DNA of 57,057 bases from a virus (taxonomy: Duplodnaviria > Caudoviricetes). The notes beneath the pieces were generated by a model, which saw nothing but the letters and a program-made list of their open reading frames with translations, was not told the DNA's origin and did no database searches. Positions 48,908 to 57,057 of the stretch are shown here, in pieces. The position numbers were made by a program, and so were the translations under genes. Where the stretch lies: positions 1 to 57,057 of the IMG/VR virus record IMGVR_UViG_3300037502_003469. The stretch is one strand, 5' to 3'. Position 1 is the stretch's first letter, and every line of letters begins with the position of its first letter.

Positions 48908-49438
48908 TTAAATACGTAATTCAAATTTCATAATCATGTTGGAACCCGTTGGAGCACTTGTTACAATTCCAATTAGTGTTGCACCATTTGGAACTGTCCC
49001 TCCTGCTAATCCAGCAGCGGTCGTCAACAATCCATTTTGCGAGCTATAAAGTTTATCCCCTACTTGTGGTAAAGATATTGGATTACCACTCACATCACAG
49101 GTTTCAAAAATATCCACTTCGTAAACACCCATACCACTTACATAAGGACAAATTCCTGAAGCGGCGGCTGGTGAGTTTTCAAAAGGATTTCCCGCAGCGT
49201 TGTTCATAAAAATTCCAACGACAGCATCGTTGGAGGCGGCAGCACCCGCAGGTCCGATAATATCTGACCCAACCGCTGCCGCCACAGAACCGCCTAGAAC
49301 TCCTGCAATGTCTCTGTAAGGGAGAAGAGTAGTGTTGTTGGCAAGTTGTAAATTTCCACTTGAATTACTTTTCGTAAAAGCAGAGTTATTCAACTTTCCT
49401 AAACTTACTCTATGACCGACGTACAATAATGTTAGCAT
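48908..49438 (-). CDS. Head decoration/cement protein (paralogue 1)
   Basis: GGSVAA...VVGIF.N.A...SG...Y..G.G.YE.D.FE...GDKLY.S.NGLLT...IGIV...P. Confidence 0.7.
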   Translation of the reverse strand: MLTLLYVGHRVSLGKLNNSAFTKSNSSGNLQLANNTTLLPYRDIAGVLGGSVAAAVGSDIIGPAGAAASNDAVVGIFMNNAAGNPFENSPAAASGICPYVSGMGVYEVDIFETCDVSGNPISLPQVGDKLYSSQNGLLTTAAGLAGGTVPNGATLIGIVTSAPTGSNMIMKFELRI

Positions 49439-49463
49439 CTGCTATCTCCCTTTATCAGATCAA

Positions 49464-50732
49464 TTACTTAAATAGGTGAGAAACATCTGGTGGACAATCC
49501 CACAGGTTAGATAAATCTTCAGCACTATTTACAGAGCTAATTTTTAATCCACCTTTCAGAGTTTTAGCACCTTTTTTAGGAGCCTTTGAAGCTGTTTTAG
49601 AAGCTTGTTTTTCTTCTTTATCTTCTTGAGCTTCCCCACCGAAAGCGTCTTCATAAGCTTCTTTAGCATCTTTCATATCAGGAGACATGAAAAGGTCTTC
49701 AAGAGCTTCGTCTTTTTCAGACGGAATCATGTCAACTTCTTCCATAGAAAGTTCTTCTTCGTCTTCCATAGCTTCTTCTTCAGATTCTACTTCTTCTTCC
49801 ATAGCCTCTTCTTCAGATTCTACTTCGTCTTCCATAGCTTCTTCAGGCTGAACTTCTTCAAGGGCTTCTTCTTTATCGTCAACTTCAGCCATAAGCTTTT
49901 TAGCAGCCGCTAAGTGACGAAGGGCAGCTTCTTTCTTCTCTTCAAGGCTCATTTCTTCGTGAGCTTCTTCAGACAATTCAGCTTCCTCTGCACCTTCTTC
50001 ATGAAGTTGTTTCATTTTTTCAGCATTTTCTTTAAGTGCTGGCGGAAGCTCTCCTGCAAGAATTTTTTTAGCTTTAGCAAGGATTTGCTTTGCTTCTTCT
50101 TTTTTAGCTTCAGCTTCTTCTTCTGCACCGATTTCTTCTTCATACTCAGCGGCAGCTACAAGAGCCGATGCTTTTTTAACAAGAACAGAGGCAGCTTTTT
50201 CAGCTTGATTCATTTCTTCTTCGTCTTCACAAGCTTCTTCTTCAAGAGCTTCTTCTTTTTCGCCTTCTTCTGCTTCAGCAATTAAAGAGCGAACTTTAGC
50301 GAGAAGAGAACGAGCTTCTTTCATTACTTCTTCTTGATCTTCTTCTTGAGCTTCGTCTTCTTTTACTTCTTCCATCTCAGCAATACGTTTAAGTGTTGCT
50401 TCGATAGAGCGATCAGAAAGTTCCATAAGGTCAAATCCTTGAGCCTCAAGAGTTTCTTCTGAAGCTGTAGGGAAAAGAGCGGAAGCAATGTGAACGCATT
50501 TTAGTGCTTTTTCACGAAGTTCACGAGCAACTTTAACAGAAGCTTTAACAGAAGATTCAGCAGCGTGGTTAGTTTCTTCACGCTTATCATCTTCCCAATG
50601 TTTTTTATCGTAAGTAGTCTCAGCCCATGAATCAGGGTCCCCGTTTGTATATTTTTCAACAGGTGGATTCTCTTTTTCACGTCCTAGTGTGAAAGGGTCT
50701 GCTTTCTTTAATCTTGTAAGTCTGTTTCTCAT
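49464..50732 (-). CDS. Capsid scaffolding protein
   Basis: E/A/K-rich helical protein of 422 aa between protease and capsid genes; short hydrophobic C-terminal LSNLW..PPDV..LF; GGAGG RBS. Confidence 0.7.
   Translation of the reverse strand: MRNRLTRLKKADPFTLGREKENPPVEKYTNGDPDSWAETTYDKKHWEDDKREETNHAAESSVKASVKVARELREKALKCVHIASALFPTASEETLEAQGFDLMELSDRSIEATLKRIAEMEEVKEDEAQEEDQEEVMKEARSLLAKVRSLIAEAEEGEKEEALEEEACEDEEEMNQAEKAASVLVKKASALVAAAEYEEEIGAEEEAEAKKEEAKQILAKAKKILAGELPPALKENAEKMKQLHEEGAEEAELSEEAHEEMSLEEKKEAALRHLAAAKKLMAEVDDKEEALEEVQPEEAMEDEVESEEEAMEEEVESEEEAMEDEEELSMEEVDMIPSEKDEALEDLFMSPDMKDAKEAYEDAFGGEAQEDKEEKQASKTASKAPKKGAKTLKGGLKISSVNSAEDLSNLWDCPPDVSHLFK
49764..49846 (-). repeat. 33-nt tandem repeat (EEAME[D/E]EVESE), about 2.5 copies, in the scaffold gene
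   Basis: Repeated ttccatagc.tcttcttcagattctacttc. Confidence 0.7.
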
Positions 50733-50768
50733 TTTGTTTCCTCCAAAGAGATTAATTTAAAAATTTAT

Positions 50769-51047
50769 TTATACTTTATTCTTAATTTTTTTCTTAGTTT
50801 GTTGCTTAGAAGCTTTCTTTGCAGCAACAGCCTCTTTTATTATTGTAGCAATATGCTCTCTGCTTTCATCGTCAACGTCTAAATTTTCTACTAAAATATC
50901 AGTTGATGCTAAACTTCCCATAATATTTGAAGCAATTCTTCTAAGTTTTATACCTGTAGAAAAATCATTAGAATCAAGAAAATCGTCAGCTATTTCTTCT
51001 ATACTCCCAACCAATCTTTTTAAGTAGTCACTATTGAGTTTTTTCAA
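50769..51047 (-). CDS. Small head-region protein
   Basis: 92 aa; KLRRIAS motif; basic C-terminus. Confidence 0.65.
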   Translation of the reverse strand: MKKLNSDYLKRLVGSIEEIADDFLDSNDFSTGIKLRRIASNIMGSLASTDILVENLDVDDESREHIATIIKEAVAAKKASKQQTKKKIKNKV

Positions 51048-51055
51048 GATATTCC

Positions 51056-51286
51056 TTATAGCCTTCTATGATGAATTTTCTTCCTTCTATTTTTCAAAAA
51101 AGTCTTAAACTTTTTCCTATAGTGCTTCATTCTACGTTTTATCTCAGATTTATTTCTGCGATAATACTTTCGGCTTTTAGTTTTTCTAGGACCACGTAAT
51201 TTACGCTGTCTTTTAAATCTAGGTTTATACGCTATCCGCTCTAAACGGACTTCTAATTCAGCGATTATCGTCCTTAAATTTTTCAC
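51056..51286 (-). CDS. Extremely basic, protamine-like small protein
   Basis: After the leader MKNLRTIIAELEVRLERIA, more than half of the residues are K/R. Confidence 0.7.
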   Translation of the reverse strand: MKNLRTIIAELEVRLERIAYKPRFKRQRKLRGPRKTKSRKYYRRNKSEIKRRMKHYRKKFKTFLKNRRKKIHHRRL

Positions 51287-53099
51287 GTATAAACTTAGCC
51301 CTTGCTAAAATACTGTTAATTACTGCATTATCGGAAATACCGTTACTTGCAATAAAGTTTAAAAAACTATCAAAACTACTTAAATTTTCGCTAGAAGCTT
51401 TTCTAAGAATATTGTAGTGACTTTTCTTGAGACTTTTTGGATTTAATTGAAAAGTATCTACAAATTCAAAAAAATCTATAAGATCACGAGAACTATGTGC
51501 CAATTTAACAATATTTTTGTTATTTTCATAAGCTTCAACCATTTTAAAAATTGAGGCTAATTTAGCTTTTGAAAAGCCAGTTTTAGGTTGATATATCTCA
51601 ATAAAAGCTTTCACTAGATTGTCGTTAGTATTCCAACCTTGATTCAATTTGTCTGAATCTGAGAAATCTGGTGTTTTTGTTGTTATAGAGTCAGATAGCT
51701 CTTTTTGCAGTTCGTCAATAACTTGCTGACGAATTTCTTTTTTAACTTTATTTATAACCCCGTCAAAAGAATCTTCTTCTGGTTGAGCTTGCTCTGGTTG
51801 AGCTTGTTCTGGTTGAGCTTGTTCTGGTTGAGCTTGTTCTGGTTGAGCTTGTTCTGGTTGAGCTTGCTCTGGTTGAGCTTGTTCTGGTTGAGCTTGCTCT
51901 GGTTGAGCTTGCTCTGGTTGAGCTTGCTCTGGTTGAGCTTGATCTGGTTGAGCTTGATCTGGTTGAGCTTGTTCTGGTTGAGCTTGTTCTGGTTGAGCTT
52001 GTTCTGGTTGAGCTTGCTCTGGTTGAGCTTGCTCTGGTTGAGCTTGCTCTGGTTGAGCTTGCTCTGGTTGAGCTTGCTCTGGTTGAGCTTGTTCTGGTTG
52101 AGCTTGTTCTGGTTGAGCTTGCTCTGGTTGAGCTTGCTCTGGTTGAGCTTGCTCTGGTTGAGCTTGCTCTGGTTGAACTTGCTCTGGTTGAGCTTGTTCT
52201 GGTTGAGCTTGTTCTGGTTTAACTAAATCTTCCTCATCTTTACTTGGAAAATCCATAGGGTCTTCAACAGCTTTACGAAGAGACGCTGCTTTTAAGTAAG
52301 CATCTAAACTATTTTCTTCTACTTTTTTAAGAACATAAGAAGCTTCTATTTTATTTGCTACTTCTACATTTTCTAAAGAATCTTTTGGAAATAAAATATT
52401 TCTCATTACAGCACCTTTAAAGGCTGGATTAGCAACCCAAGATGCTTCAATAAATACGTTAGAATCTTTTTCGTCACGATGACCGCAAAGTTCGGCAATT
52501 ATTCTCTTTACTCCGTTTTCATCAACGAAATAAGAATTTTTCATATATCTTATATGGTCACATAATTCAGTTTCGTCGGCAGCTTTGTTGCCACATGCGG
52601 AACAAATTGAATATTTGATTGAGCATCCCATAGAAAGAGTGGAAATATTTCCACCTTCAATTGATGCGACTAACTCTCTATGTTTTCTTTCAGTGGCTAC
52701 GAGAATATCAATATAAACAGAATTATTATTTGAAACACTTCTGGCAACAGCGTCTATAATTCTACCTTTTGATAAAGCTGGAATTTGAACGTGTTCTAAA
52801 TAATTGTAAGCCCCAATAAATGTTGGATAAGATGCCATTAAAAGCTGTCTTTCCCAACAATCTCCATTTTGATTAACGTATTGAGAGCAATCAGGTTTTA
52901 TATAATAATCATTATCTTCCACATCCACAGAAGCTACGATTGTAGCGTGCGTAAGTAGATATTTTTCTGGAGAAAAGTCTTCAAGTATGGAAGAAACCGG
53001 AACTCGGACTGCCGTGGCAGCGGCTCGCATACTATTCCAAGCTTTTGGCTCTAAATTCGGATTTCTTACTATAGCGTCAGCGTATTTTAAAAAAGCCAT
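51258..53099 (-). CDS. Prohead maturation serine protease with PEQAQ-repeat linker
   Basis: NQNGD, Y.TF.G..NYLEH, G.IIDA, TLSMGC....CS.CG...C.H, F.EASWV.NPAF; upstream of the scaffold and capsid genes. Confidence 0.82.
   Translation of the reverse strand: MAFLKYADAIVRNPNLEPKAWNSMRAAATAVRVPVSSILEDFSPEKYLLTHATIVASVDVEDNDYYIKPDCSQYVNQNGDCWERQLLMASYPTFIGAYNYLEHVQIPALSKGRIIDAVARSVSNNNSVYIDILVATERKHRELVASIEGGNISTLSMGCSIKYSICSACGNKAADETELCDHIRYMKNSYFVDENGVKRIIAELCGHRDEKDSNVFIEASWVANPAFKGAVMRNILFPKDSLENVEVANKIEASYVLKKVEENSLDAYLKAASLRKAVEDPMDFPSKDEEDLVKPEQAQPEQAQPEQVQPEQAQPEQAQPEQAQPEQAQPEQAQPEQAQPEQAQPEQAQPEQAQPEQAQPEQAQPEQAQPEQAQPEQAQPDQAQPDQAQPEQAQPEQAQPEQAQPEQAQPEQAQPEQAQPEQAQPEQAQPEQAQPEQAQPEEDSFDGVINKVKKEIRQQVIDELQKELSDSITTKTPDFSDSDKLNQGWNTNDNLVKAFIEIYQPKTGFSKAKLASIFKMVEAYENNKNIVKLAHSSRDLIDFFEFVDTFQLNPKSLKKSHYNILRKASSENLSSFDSFLNFIASNGISDNAVINSILARAKFIREKFKDDNR
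51781..52215 (-). repeat. 15-bp coding minisatellite, 29 copies (PEQAQ)
   Basis: GGTTGAGCTTG(C/T/A)TCT repeated over 435 nt. Confidence 0.95.
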
Positions 53100-53453
53100 T
53101 TAATACCTATTGTTTTCAGATTCAGAATCATCATCAAAATCAGAGTCTTCAAAATCTTCACTGTCGTCGTAATTATCTTGTAAAACTTCTTCTGCTACTT
53201 GAACAAAAGCATCTGCCGAAGGCATCGAAGTTCCTACATTTTCTGTGTCTTTCATAAGACCAAAAATAACTAAGTCTATAAATCTTGCAAAAATTTCTTC
53301 TAAATCCTCGTCTTGAACTCCAATTCCTATCTTTTTTTGTAGAACATCTTTAGAGTTTTTAAGAAGTGCATAGCCGACAGGTACTTTAAGAACCATGTAA
53401 GCTTTTTTTTGCATGATATTATTGGCTATTTTTTGAGCTTTTTTGTTATCCAT
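53100..53453 (-). CDS. Hypothetical protein with basic leader and acidic tail
   Basis: Starts MDNKKAQKIANNIMQKKA; D/E-rich C-terminus. Confidence 0.75.
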   Translation of the reverse strand: MDNKKAQKIANNIMQKKAYMVLKVPVGYALLKNSKDVLQKKIGIGVQDEDLEEIFARFIDLVIFGLMKDTENVGTSMPSADAFVQVAEEVLQDNYDDSEDFEDSDFDDDSESENNRY

Positions 53454-54216
53454 TTATTTGCTCCAGCACTTCATTTATGACTTCATTTCTTATTTTAAAA
53501 TAATCTGGTAAATCAGAAGAAATCTTTTTTGAAAAATCTTTCACACAAGTTGAATAAAAATTAAAAAAATCTACATCTTGAAAAGCTACTTTAAGAAAAT
53601 CGCAAAATTGATCTTTTGATACATTTGAAGCTAGTTTAGAATCAAAGATAATTTCAACTAAACCATTTCCAATATTTATAAATTTCATATTTTCAAAGGT
53701 ATCATTTAGAAAAGAAGCCAATTTTGGTGCTATGAAGCTTTCCATTTCCTCGAAAGATTGAATTTTATCGTCAGCAATCGAATCGAAAACCATTACTACT
53801 ACTTCATTTTCATCTTCTTGAGGTAAATTAAGTGCTAAAATTTCAGGTTCTTTCAAAATGTCAGTGGCAAGGTCGTTACCAACTTCAAAAACTTCGTCTT
53901 CTAATAGTTCTGGTTCAGGTAGCGAACAGTCAGGAGGAGCGACTAATTTGAATAAATCGCTTACCTTAAAGACCAATTCTTGTTTAGAAGCAGCTAAGTT
54001 ACGAACTGTTTTTACAACATCGCCAACATTTTTTGAATCTACCAGTACGTCAGCACTACTTGTCCAAATCTCGCCCTTATCATTTACATAAATATGTTTT
54101 GGAAGACCGAACTTATTTTCAATGCAAAGAAGATTGTCTTCTAATAGATCACACTTGAATCTAGCATCCAAAGAGTTAGTTACTTTGTTTAAATCAATAG
54201 CAATTTTATTCTTCAT
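53446..54216 (-). CDS. Hypothetical head-region protein
   Basis: 256-aa ORF overlapping both neighbours. Confidence 0.7.
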   Translation of the reverse strand: MKNKIAIDLNKVTNSLDARFKCDLLEDNLLCIENKFGLPKHIYVNDKGEIWTSSADVLVDSKNVGDVVKTVRNLAASKQELVFKVSDLFKLVAPPDCSLPEPELLEDEVFEVGNDLATDILKEPEILALNLPQEDENEVVVMVFDSIADDKIQSFEEMESFIAPKLASFLNDTFENMKFINIGNGLVEIIFDSKLASNVSKDQFCDFLKVAFQDVDFFNFYSTCVKDFSKKISSDLPDYFKIRNEVINEVLEQING

Positions 54217-54724
54217 AAACAGATAAAACCAATTCTTTTAGTAAGCTATCCCCAACGCTCTTGGCATACTTACTACTCATCTTTAAATAACATTGTAGTT
54301 CGTTCAGATTAGCTTTTTTCATACTAAGTATATTTTCAACTAAAACTGAAGTAGCGTTGACATGTCTTGATGCTATTTTATCAGCTAAAGACTCTAAGTG
54401 TTTTTTTGGTCTTTTAGGGAGAGAAGTGCCGTAATTTTTTTCACTATCTCTATTCTCCCAACTGTCGTAAGAAGTATCAAATCCCACGCTAGTTGGATGA
54501 AGAGTTGGCGAAACTTTGTAGATTTCTTCAGGTGACTCTAATTCATTTCCGTAAGTCCACTGAACTCTAATTTTGCAAGATTTTGGTAAAATGTGTGTCA
54601 CTATACCAACAATCTGGCTTTCATTGTTTCGAGTCAATTTCTTTACATGATCTCCAATTTTATAATCTAAAACTGAAGTCTGAAAAGGAAAAAGAGCTAC
54701 TGAAGATTTTTTAGATTTGCTCAC
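54206..54724 (-). CDS. Hypothetical protein with SH3/KOW-like N-terminal barrel
   Basis: Likely GTG at 54724 after AGGGAG; YKIGD.V......VG.VT.I......V.W..G. Confidence 0.65.
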   Translation of the reverse strand: MSKSKKSSVALFPFQTSVLDYKIGDHVKKLTRNNESQIVGIVTHILPKSCKIRVQWTYGNELESPEEIYKVSPTLHPTSVGFDTSYDSWENRDSEKNYGTSLPKRPKKHLESLADKIASRHVNATSVLVENILSMKKANLNELQCYLKMSSKYAKSVGDSLLKELVLSVYEE

Positions 54725-54743
54725 AGCACTCTCCCTAAAATTA

Positions 54744-55466
54744 TTACTTTCTTCTCGCAGCAAGTTTTTTAGCGTCAAGCTTGCTTGCTTTTTTATTTGG
54801 GTCAAACTCACCTTTGTCATGAGCTTCAGACATTACGTTTTGACCATAGTTATGAAATTCTTTCATATAGTCTTCATCTTTGTCATGCTCATGGGTTGCA
54901 GGGTCTTGACCGAAATCTTTCATGTATTTTTCATCTTTGTCATGCTCTAGTGCTTTTGCCTGTTTTGCTTGAACTTCAAGCTCATCTGACACTTGGTCTA
55001 GGGCATACTCAAGATTAAATCCTACTTTTGCTTCCAGTTTACCTTCAGCTACAAGATTGCGAATTTCGTTTGCAATCTTATCAAGTCTGTCAGTATAATA
55101 CTTTGCAGTACGTTTCATGTTTACTCCTCCAGTTTTTGACTGATTCATTAAATTTAAAATTTTAAAATAGTTTACCGAATTAATCTTACCGTCATACTTA
55201 CCGTCTGCTAATGTTTTAATAGCCACCTCTACGGCAGATTGCTTGGCAACCTCTACATTATAATTCATTAGCTCTTTATCTAAGATAGTAGAGGCGTGTT
55301 TTGCTATTACTAAAAGATCATCATCGCTTACGTGAGAAGGGTTTGTGTAAGGTTCTCTTTCTTCACGTTTGTCACCAGAGTCTAAAATTTTATGTTTATG
55401 AAAATAGTCTGCACCACTTTCATAAGCCATTTTTTTAAAAATTTTTTCTGCAATATCTTTTTTCAT
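54744..55466 (-). CDS. Hypothetical head-region protein with probable internal start at 55118
   Basis: 240 aa; in-frame GGAGGAG-TAAAC-ATG; EHDKDE.YMK.F repeats. Confidence 0.75.
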   Translation of the reverse strand: MKKDIAEKIFKKMAYESGADYFHKHKILDSGDKREEREPYTNPSHVSDDDLLVIAKHASTILDKELMNYNVEVAKQSAVEVAIKTLADGKYDGKINSVNYFKILNLMNQSKTGGVNMKRTAKYYTDRLDKIANEIRNLVAEGKLEAKVGFNLEYALDQVSDELEVQAKQAKALEHDKDEKYMKDFGQDPATHEHDKDEDYMKEFHNYGQNVMSEAHDKGEFDPNKKASKLDAKKLAARRK

Positions 55467-55502
55467 AATAAAACCTTCTAAACATAAAAAATCATTAAAT
55501 AA

Positions 55503-56024
55503 TTACAATTCGTTTAAAATATACCAAGACCAAAATTCTTGTACATGGTAAGGGGCTACCCCTCTCATGTAAGCTGAAAACCCATCCGCTTCTGGTTCTC
55601 CTGAAGTTTTTGGTTCCATATTGAATAATTTATAATAGAAAGATTTTTCTCTTTCTGTCATAAAATGGGTCAAGTAATGCCCAATTTCATGATAAAAAAG
55701 ACTATCAAAACGATTTTTTTCAAAATTGACTTCTTTATCATCCAAAAATCTTTCAATGTTATACCAAATGCACTTTTCTTTAGGTCTGCACAAACCAAGA
55801 ATACCTTCTCTATCAGCACATTCTTCCAAGGTTTCTTGAGAGCATAAATGTAAATTGCAACCATACATAACTTTCTTAACTTTTGATGGAAGCTTGTTAT
55901 ATAAGGAATTAATGCGTTGAGAAAATATAATATAGTAAGGTAATGAGAACTCGTCACACTTTAGATTAGGTTGTGCGACATTCATCCAATGAGCGGCTAT
56001 TTTTAATGCTGCCTTTTGGCTCAT
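55503..56024 (-). CDS. Zincin-like metallopeptidase (HEXXH)
   Basis: GILGLC...I....HEIGH...E.EADGFS.Y. Confidence 0.7.
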   Translation of the reverse strand: MSQKAALKIAAHWMNVAQPNLKCDEFSLPYYIIFSQRINSLYNKLPSKVKKVMYGCNLHLCSQETLEECADREGILGLCRPKEKCIWYNIERFLDDKEVNFEKNRFDSLFYHEIGHYLTHFMTEREKSFYYKLFNMEPKTSGEPEADGFSAYMRGVAPYHVQEFWSWYILNEL

Positions 56025-56656
56025 TTATTAGCCTTCTTTTTTACAAATTCGTAAATTGAAGATACTTTATTTAAGTCAGATTCTTCCAAATGATCGTCTT
56101 TTGCATCTTCTTTCGCCTCTTCTTTCATTTCAGCTACTTCAAATTTGCTAGTCCAATGTTTCCCTCTAGTTTCATCATACAAAGTATCAATCACTAAAGA
56201 GATGTTTTCTACTGTGCTATACAAACGAGAACGGATTTCAGAAATATCCATCACGAAACCCCTTCCACCTAATTTTCCGTCAGGAGAAATGTCTATGGAT
56301 TTTAAACCTGCAAAATCTGAAAGGGCTTGAGATAAGAACTTAATACAAACATCAAGTTTAGCTTCAACTTTTAATAGTTGTTCTAAATTTTCTTTTTTAG
56401 GTTCCCAACCATCCATTAATCTTCCAGTTGAAGCAGATTCTTCTTTGGAAGCTTTAGCTTTTTGTTCATTCTTTTTTTTATAAACAGAAGTTCCACCCAT
56501 ATCGTCTCTTCTTTGTATTTTTTCTTTTTGTAAATCAGGGTCACGTACTGGAGCATGATCTCTTCTTAAATCATGCCTCGGAGGTCTTTCAAGCGTTGTT
56601 TCATAACGACGCTTTTCAATATCTGTATCTGATTGACTCTGATTTGCTTTTTTCAT
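56021..56656 (-). CDS. Hypothetical head-region protein
   Basis: 211 aa; PPRHDLRR and ISPDGKLGGRG motifs. Confidence 0.75.
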   Translation of the reverse strand: MKKANQSQSDTDIEKRRYETTLERPPRHDLRRDHAPVRDPDLQKEKIQRRDDMGGTSVYKKKNEQKAKASKEESASTGRLMDGWEPKKENLEQLLKVEAKLDVCIKFLSQALSDFAGLKSIDISPDGKLGGRGFVMDISEIRSRLYSTVENISLVIDTLYDETRGKHWTSKFEVAEMKEEAKEDAKDDHLEESDLNKVSSIYEFVKKKANK

Positions 56657-57057
56657 AAACCTCTTAATGATGTCATGACTCGATTTCCCGTTCCTGTATT
56701 ACTTACTGCTACAAATAATCCTTTGCCAAAGGCTATAGCTTCCCATTGATTATCAACTGGAGATGTTCTAAATGACCAATCAATACCATTTGTAGAAATC
56801 ATTATTCTTGTATTAAGATCACCTGTGTTAGAAACCGCAACAAAAACACCATTACCAAATGTGACACTACTCCATAAATTAAATTTTGCAGTATTTCCAT
56901 TTCCGGGCGTGGTTCGGTTTGTCCATGTTATTCCATCTGTAGATGTTGTTACACACTGATCTAATCCAACCCCAGCAGCAGTTCCTCTAACAACTACGAA
57001 AATACCATTACCATAAGCAATGGATGTAAAATACTCCCCATTCTGAGTACCGAAAGC
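56653..57057 (-). CDS. 5'-partial beta-propeller (Asp-box/BNR-like) protein, probably fibre or receptor-binding
   Basis: Not in the track. Reads ...SIAYGNGIFVVV...TSTDGITWT...WSSVTFGNGVFVAVS...ISTNGIDWS...WEAIAFGKGLFVAVS...MTSLRGL*; the TGA overlaps the next ATG. Confidence 0.85.
   Translation of the reverse strand, partial: AFGTQNGEYFTSIAYGNGIFVVVRGTAAGVGLDQCVTTSTDGITWTNRTTPGNGNTAKFNLWSSVTFGNGVFVAVSNTGDLNTRIMISTNGIDWSFRTSPVDNQWEAIAFGKGLFVAVSNTGTGNRVMTSLRGL

Noticed and set aside
49605-50285. Phe-rich plus-strand ORFs
   Set aside because: Antisense shadows of the GAA-rich scaffold gene
51705-52226. Plus-strand (WLSLL)n ORF, and the 15-bp array as a possible CRISPR
   Set aside because: It is the antisense of the PEQAQ repeat; the units are contiguous with no spacers and no cas genes are present
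1-57057. Alternative genetic code or eukaryotic giant virus origin (suggested by collagen, GTs and actin)
   Set aside because: Code 11 gives dense, full-length genes; SD motifs, overlapping start/stop codons, intrinsic terminators and a contractile tail indicate a bacteriophage

Overview
This window is the virion-morphogenesis region of a large, AT-rich tailed bacteriophage with a contractile tail, probably a jumbo phage. It uses bacterial Shine-Dalgarno sites, ATGA/GTGA gene overlaps and the standard code 11. The minus strand carries the late programme, read from right to left: a beta-propeller fibre fragment, small putative head proteins, a prohead protease with a 29x PEQAQ insert, an acidic scaffold, two decoration paralogues and the HK97-type major capsid protein. 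It continues with neck/adaptor genes, a coiled-coil protein with an actin-family ATPase, a tail terminator, the sheath, three paralogous fibre-like proteins and baseplate gp25/J/wedge genes. It ends in a collagen-like ORF of more than 1460 aa that is rich in Thr, is missing from the ORF track and runs off the left edge. Three plus-strand islands interrupt this: two multi-domain glycosyltransferases divergent from the collagen; Sm-like, DEDDh exonuclease and a third glycosyltransferase; and a Mom-like/homing-endonuclease cassette behind the capsid gene. The best candidates for new biology are (1) a phage-encoded collagen-fibre glycosylation system, including a GT-B fold split over two genes, (2) an actin plus coiled-coil module inside the late tail operon, and (3) a shared basic amphipathic N-terminal leader ending in K/R-x-A on many unrelated small proteins, possibly a capsid-loading and protease-cleavage signal. 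No portal, terminase, tail tube or tape measure was recognised. All family assignments come from motif recognition by eye; no database searches were run.
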